IMG/VR virus record: IMGVR_UViG_3300033232_000030
Span: 1-38,112 of that record
Strand: one strand, 5' to 3'
Origin: a virus
Lineage: Duplodnaviria; Caudoviricetes
Length of the DNA stretch: 38,112 bases
Shown: piece after piece, positions 33,634-38,112 of the stretch
How the letters are laid out: every line of letters begins with the position of its first letter
How positions within the stretch are numbered: the stretch's first letter is position 1
Notes under the pieces: generated by a model
The model's database searches: none
Seen by the model: only the letters and a program-made list of their open reading frames with translations
What the model was told of the DNA's origin: nothing
Program-made: the position numbers and the translations under genes

Positions 33634-35205
33634 ATGACCACCGCAACCCTTTACTTTGTCAGTAGCGTCTCTGGCAACGTCGCCACGCCTGGCAATGCAC
33701 TGGGCGCGGCTGATGGCGTATTTACCACTGACGCCAATGCCACCGTAAGCTGGACGCACCGCTGGCGGCTCGGTACCGTTGCCGACGCCACCCCATCAGG
33801 CACCCAAAGCATTACGCTGGTGATGCGCAAGGGCAGCAACACGGGCAATCCGACGGTTTCCAGTGTGACGCTGTATCAGGGCGGGGCCTCACTGGGCGCG
33901 CTCACGCTGTTCAGCGGCTCAACCACCATCGACAGCACCACCGGGCAGGAGCTGGTGTACCAGTTTGCCGGTTCACTGCTGGCCGACATGGTGGACGTGG
34001 ACATCGAGATTGCCACAGCGGGCACCGGCGGCGCGCCCGCCAATAAAAATGCCGCATCGATTGACGCTGGCGCCTGGGCGGCGAACTACGACCAGGCCGT
34101 CGTCACTACGGGCTCTGTTGCGGCCACCGACAGCGATGTGGACACGGCCAGCAGCAGCGGCACCGTGTCGTGGGCCCCCGTTACGGGCACAGTGGCGGCG
34201 ACTGACGCAGACACCGATACCGCCACAGCATCAGGCACGGTCTTGGTGCAAGGCCTGTTGAACGCAACAGACACGCCTGCTGATACTGCTGATGCGACGG
34301 GCGCTGTGCTGGTGCAAGGCGCTGTGGCTGTCACTGACGCCGACGTGGACACAGCCAGCGCCACGGGCACGGTGGCTGATGCAGCCGCAGGCGGCACCGT
34401 TGCAGCCACTGAAACCACGCAAGATACGAGCAGCGTCACAGGCACGGTGTTGGTGCAGGGCGCGTTGGCCGCAACAGAGGCCACCAGCGATGCAGCGAGC
34501 AGTACCGGGGTTGTGCTGGTGCAAGGGGCACTGACGGCAACGGAGGCCGACACAGATAGCGCTGATTTGACGGGTAGGGTTTTGGTGCAGGGCACGCTGG
34601 CGGCAACGGAGGCTGGCGCAGACACGGCTAGCGGCGCAGGAGCCGTGCGGGTATCAGGCGCGATTGCGGCCACCGATACCGATGTGGATACCGCGCAGAT
34701 CAGCACTGCCACCATTCGCACCGGCACCATTGCAGCTACCGAAACCACGCAGGACACGGCAACGATCACAGGCACGGTGTTCTGGGTGCCAGTGACCGGG
34801 AGCCTGGCGGCAACAGACACAGGCGCAGACAGCGCAGCCAGCACAGGCGAAGTCTGGGTCATGGGCTTGTTTGACGCCGCCGAGACAGATCAGGATACGG
34901 CAGCGGCGCTTGGCAAGGTTTACCTCTACGGCGGTCTGGCCGCGCTGGAAGACGCACTGGATACCTGTTTCGCAACCGGCACGGCCATTGTGCGCAGTAC
35001 CGCGCCGAGCCGATTCAAGTCAGGCACCAGCGTGACCGCCAGCGCCAGCCGGGTAGCCGCGCAGCGCTATGCAAGCAATGTTGCAACGGGCAACACCCGC
35101 AGCGCCAGCCGGGTAGCCGCGCAGCGCTATGCAAGCAATGTTGCAACGGGCAACACCCGCAGCGCCAGCCGGGTAGGTGAATACCGCAGCACCGCGGGTC
35201 ATTAA
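33634..35205 (+). CDS. Repetitive Ala/Thr/Asp-rich virion protein
   Basis: About a dozen ~24-aa repeats of V(Q)GxLAAT(E/D)xxxD(T/S)AxxTGxV. Confidence 0.75.
   Translation: MTTATLYFVSSVSGNVATPGNALGAADGVFTTDANATVSWTHRWRLGTVADATPSGTQSITLVMRKGSNTGNPTVSSVTLYQGGASLGALTLFSGSTTIDSTTGQELVYQFAGSLLADMVDVDIEIATAGTGGAPANKNAASIDAGAWAANYDQAVVTTGSVAATDSDVDTASSSGTVSWAPVTGTVAATDADTDTATASGTVLVQGLLNATDTPADTADATGAVLVQGAVAVTDADVDTASATGTVADAAAGGTVAATETTQDTSSVTGTVLVQGALAATEATSDAASSTGVVLVQGALTATEADTDSADLTGRVLVQGTLAATEAGADTASGAGAVRVSGAIAATDTDVDTAQISTATIRTGTIAATETTQDTATITGTVFWVPVTGSLAATDTGADSAASTGEVWVMGLFDAAETDQDTAAALGKVYLYGGLAALEDALDTCFATGTAIVRSTAPSRFKSGTSVTASASRVAAQRYASNVATGNTRSASRVAAQRYASNVATGNTRSASRVGEYRSTAGH
35040..35176 (+). 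repeat. Perfect 60-bp tandem repeat, ~2.3 copies
   Basis: 35041-35100 identical to 35101-35160, partial third copy; encodes SASRVAAQRYASNVATGNTR. Confidence 0.95.
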
Positions 35206-35228
35206 CAAGCATACGAAAGAGGCCAAGG

Positions 35229-35507
35229 ATGATTTCAGATCGATTTAACAAGCAGCCCGCCGAGGTGCAGGACTACGACATTGATTTTGGCGAGTATCTG
35301 ACTGCCATGGCCGACACCGGGTCGAGCCATTTTGTAACAGTAGAGCAGGGCATCACCTTGGTGTCGAGCACGCTGGCCAGCGGGGTTGTGAAGGTCTGGT
35401 TGTCTGGCGGCACCCACGGAACGAACTACAAGGTGACGGCCACTTTGACGACCACCGGTGGGCGCGTGAAAGAGCATGAAATTTTGATCCGCGTGCGCGA
35501 GATTTAA
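35229..35507 (+). CDS. Putative fibre-tail adaptor
   Basis: KQPAEVQDYDIDF..., VKVWLSGG..G..YKVT...TTTGGR. Confidence 0.75.
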   Translation: MISDRFNKQPAEVQDYDIDFGEYLTAMADTGSSHFVTVEQGITLVSSTLASGVVKVWLSGGTHGTNYKVTATLTTTGGRVKEHEILIRVREI

Positions 35508-35516
35508 GGACACACC

Positions 35517-36659
35517 ATGAGCTACTACAAAACAGGCACGATAGCCCTGACCAACGGGTCCACTACCGTCACTGGCACGGGCACTGACTTTATTACTGGC
35601 GCGGCAGTTGGCGAGGCGGTTAACGCGCCTGATGGCAGGCTGTACGAGATACTGAGCATTGTGTCGGCCACGGGGCTGACGCTGGGCTCGCCGTACCTTG
35701 GGGCCACGGCCTCCGGGCAGAGCTACAGCATTGTGCCGACCCAGTCTTATATTCGTGAGCTGGCCAGCCAGGCGGCTGCGCTGGTCAACGATTATGCTGG
35801 CGTCGCAGCCGGTGCAGGCGAGGGCAAGTTTGCCGATGGCACGCAGGCAGTGCCTGGCATACGGTTCAGCGCGGATGAGAACACCGGGGTGCGCCGGACG
35901 GGCTCTGATGCAGTGGCCCTGGTGACCGGCGGCACGGATCGTGTCACGGTGAGTGCCACTGGTGCTGTTGCCGTTCCTGGCACATTGGCAGTCACAGGCG
36001 CGGTGACCGGCCCAACTGCAGCCGCAGGTACCAACACGACGCAACTCGCTACCACGGCGCATGTGTTTGCGGAGCGCACCAACACGGCCACGCTGACCAA
36101 CAAGACGCTGACAAGCCCAGCAATAAGCGCGCCTACGGGCATTGTCAAGGGTGATGTTGGCCTTGGTAATGTAGATAACACCAGTGATGCAGCGAAAAAT
36201 TCGGCGGTCGCTACGCTGACCAACAAAACCATCACCGACCCAACCATTGATGGTGTGAAGTATCTGGCTACGCAGTCGCAGTTGACTTTTGCCATTGACT
36301 ACGCCATTGATCAAGCAGGTGCAGCCAACAAGCGCGTCACTGATGCCACCACGTTGCAAACGCAAACCGGCAGCGCCAGCTTTACCCAGTCGGCCAGCAC
36401 GGCGCTGGTGCGCACCTATGCCACAGCCACGGTGAACTTGCCCAAAGCCTACCAGAACGCCGACTATCAGGTAGTGATCGACCCGGTGTCGGCCACACCT
36501 GCGCTGGGGTTTCAAGGCGAAATCTCAGTGCAAAGCCGAACGGTCAACAGCTTTGTGCTGCAAATGTCGGGCTCTGCCACGGCGTGCAGCGTGCGCTGGA
36601 AAATTTTGCACCCCAATGCCGAGATGCGCGTGCACGCGGTCTTGCCCACAGCCATTTAA
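35517..36659 (+). CDS. Tail fibre protein
   Basis: YKTGTIALTNGSTTVTGTGT, DGT.A.PGIRF..D.NTG, TLTNKT, DVGLGNVDNTSD. Confidence 0.85.
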   Translation: MSYYKTGTIALTNGSTTVTGTGTDFITGAAVGEAVNAPDGRLYEILSIVSATGLTLGSPYLGATASGQSYSIVPTQSYIRELASQAAALVNDYAGVAAGAGEGKFADGTQAVPGIRFSADENTGVRRTGSDAVALVTGGTDRVTVSATGAVAVPGTLAVTGAVTGPTAAAGTNTTQLATTAHVFAERTNTATLTNKTLTSPAISAPTGIVKGDVGLGNVDNTSDAAKNSAVATLTNKTITDPTIDGVKYLATQSQLTFAIDYAIDQAGAANKRVTDATTLQTQTGSASFTQSASTALVRTYATATVNLPKAYQNADYQVVIDPVSATPALGFQGEISVQSRTVNSFVLQMSGSATACSVRWKILHPNAEMRVHAVLPTAI

Positions 36660-36668
36660 GGAAGCATT

Positions 36669-36938
36669 ATGAACCTCATTACCTCAGAGCCTTGCGCCGA
36701 TGCCGTTGAGTCCGGCGATTACGTCACTATCACTTGGGATGGTCACAGCATCACCCTGCCAACCCTGGCGCGCCCAGGTAATTACACCGAGGCCATTTAC
36801 CTGGCCGATGACGGGGCGCTCACATTCATCCCCGGTACGGTGCCCACCATGGTCGCTACGCTGGCCTGCCACGACAGTGTGATGACGCTCACGCTGTGCC
36901 CGCTGACGCCGGTCATTACACCCACCCAACCCGTTTAA
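36669..36938 (+). CDS. Small tail-associated hypothetical protein
   Basis: RBS AAGGA; between the tail fibre and the Mtd-like gene. Confidence 0.65.
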   Translation: MNLITSEPCADAVESGDYVTITWDGHSITLPTLARPGNYTEAIYLADDGALTFIPGTVPTMVATLACHDSVMTLTLCPLTPVITPTQPV

Positions 36939-36947
36939 GGAGGCATC

Positions 36948-38057
36948 ATGCCATTAACCATTTCTGTTCCCGACGCGCTGCGTGCCAGCGTGGAAGCCGC
37001 CAGTGGCGGTCGCCAAACCGTGCTGTACACCGCACTGGGGCAACCGACATTCATGAACGTGATTCCACAATTCACAGGTGCGCAAGTGGGTGTGACGGGC
37101 TACACCGACCCGCACCCGATGTTTTACGGCACCGACGGCACGCCCAAGTCGGAATACTTCTTTGGCAGCTACCCAGGCGTTGTCAAAAACGGCGAGCTGT
37201 TGAGCTTGCCGGGGGTGGACCCCAGCGCTTCACTAAACCACGACCAGTTTGTGGCCTACGCCCGTGCTTGCGGCACTGGCCACCATGTGGTGACTGACCA
37301 AGCCTACGCTGGCATGGCATTGTGGTGCCGGGCCAACAGCTTTCAGCCGCGCGGTAACAGCTACTACGGTGCATCGAGCGACGCCACTTGGGAGACAGGG
37401 CGGCGGCAGGATGGCGTGACACCGGGCACGGCCTCTGGCACGGCCCGCACCCTGACTGGCTCCGGCCCGGCATCATGGCGGCACGACAACAGCAGCTCGG
37501 GCATTGCTGATCTGTGCGGCAATGTGTGGGAGTGGTCGCCGGGGGTGCGCATTGATGCGGGTGAAATCCAGGTGCTGCGCAACGATGCCGCTACTACCAT
37601 CCCCAAGAATGACGGCGTAATGAACGCGATTGACATGGCGGCGGGCTCGACCAAGTGGTGGGCCATAGATGGCACAGCGGCCAGCACCAGTTGTTTTGTG
37701 GCACCCGGCAGCGCCAACACAGTGAAATACGCAACCAGCGGCACCACAGCACAGACCTTGGTGCGGGCCTCGGGCACGTCTTTTGAGGGCATGGCCAGCT
37801 ATGTGACTGGCGCAGGTGCTGTGCTGGTGCTGAAAGCCCTGGGCTTGATGCCGGTAACGGCCCAATTGGGCGGCACCATTGCTGTGCCTGCTGCTAACGG
37901 CGACGGCTTTTGGATCGATGTGACTTCCGAGCGTCTGCCGCTCCGTGGCGGTGGTTGGCTCTCCGCGGCGACTGCTGGGGTGTTTGCGCTGTATTGCGTC
38001 AACACGCGCTCCCTTACGAACACGCGTTTTGGGGCCCGCCCCGCCTTTGTGCTTTGA
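36948..38057 (+). CDS. Mtd-like / FGE-sulfatase (C-type lectin fold) receptor-binding protein, probable DGR target
   Basis: LTGSGPASWRHD, GIADLCGNVWEW, C-terminal RGGGW...AGVFAL...R...FGARPAF. Confidence 0.85.
   Translation: MPLTISVPDALRASVEAASGGRQTVLYTALGQPTFMNVIPQFTGAQVGVTGYTDPHPMFYGTDGTPKSEYFFGSYPGVVKNGELLSLPGVDPSASLNHDQFVAYARACGTGHHVVTDQAYAGMALWCRANSFQPRGNSYYGASSDATWETGRRQDGVTPGTASGTARTLTGSGPASWRHDNSSSGIADLCGNVWEWSPGVRIDAGEIQVLRNDAATTIPKNDGVMNAIDMAAGSTKWWAIDGTAASTSCFVAPGSANTVKYATSGTTAQTLVRASGTSFEGMASYVTGAGAVLVLKALGLMPVTAQLGGTIAVPAANGDGFWIDVTSERLPLRGGGWLSAATAGVFALYCVNTRSLTNTRFGARPAFVL
37929..38057 (+). other. Probable DGR variable repeat with G/C element and IMH
   Basis: NNY codons at the expected variable positions; G/C-only run ggggcccgccccgcc 38031-38045. 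Confidence 0.7.
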
Positions 38058-38073
38058 GCCCTGAGCGATAGCG

Positions 38074-38112
38074 ATGGGCACTCACTCTGAAGCCAGTCTG
38101 GATACCAAGTTT
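38074..38112 (+). CDS. Start of a probable Avd (four-helix bundle) gene, truncated by the window
   Basis: MGTHSEASLDTKF directly after the VR; resembles N-termini of phage Avd-like proteins as recalled; only 13 codons visible. Confidence 0.5.
   Translation, partial: MGTHSEASLDTKF

Larger units (their letters stand above)
1..38112. mobile_element. Temperate podovirus-like phage or prophage segment, open at both window ends
   Basis: Continuous phage modules: recombination/replication, CI/Cro, early anti-restriction genes, terminase, portal, N4-gp56-type capsid, tail fibres; no host housekeeping genes. Confidence 0.95.

Noticed and set aside
35040-35176. CRISPR array or DGR template repeat
   Set aside because: Contiguous identical in-frame units without spacers and no adenine-specific mismatches
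32551-36515. Long antisense ORFs (32551-33759, 34086-34862, 35235-36515)
   Set aside because: Typical shadows of GC-rich, Ala/Thr-rich structural genes
1-38112. Integrase, att sites, tRNA genes, lysis genes, reverse transcriptase
   Set aside because: None recognised in the window; they may lie outside it

Overview
The whole window is a contiguous piece of a temperate, podovirus-like tailed phage or prophage, probably of a betaproteobacterial host (inferred from gene content). No integrase or att site is visible. Left part (minus strand, 1-14.2 kb): methylation, recombination and replication genes (C5 methyltransferase, RdgC, SSB, DEDDh exonuclease, YqaJ nuclease, ERF, ThyX, primase, SF2 helicase, second methyltransferase-like gene, ParB-like protein, Cro-like regulator) opposite a CI-like repressor whose catalytic serine is replaced. 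Next is a leftward early operon (15-20.6 kb) with ArdA and a Zn-dependent HDAC-family deacetylase, preceded by a ~330-nt highly structured non-coding leader. The right part (plus strand) holds RusA, a Q-like antiterminator, terminase, portal, an N4-gp56-type capsid, adaptors and tail fibres, ending in an Mtd/CLec-like DGR target gene and the start of a probable avd gene. Most striking: (1) a His-Me endonuclease gene with its own promoter and RBS nested out of frame inside a methyltransferase gene whose frame stays open across ~205 extra codons (this ORF is missing from the ORF track); (2) a deleted IS200/IS605 tnpB element inserted at a reconstructed ATGA stop/start overlap, restoring the stop codon and bridged by an antisense ORF; (3) a 27-bp palindromic site present both inside the ParB-like gene and after terL. 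All calls are from motif reading and recall; no searches were run.
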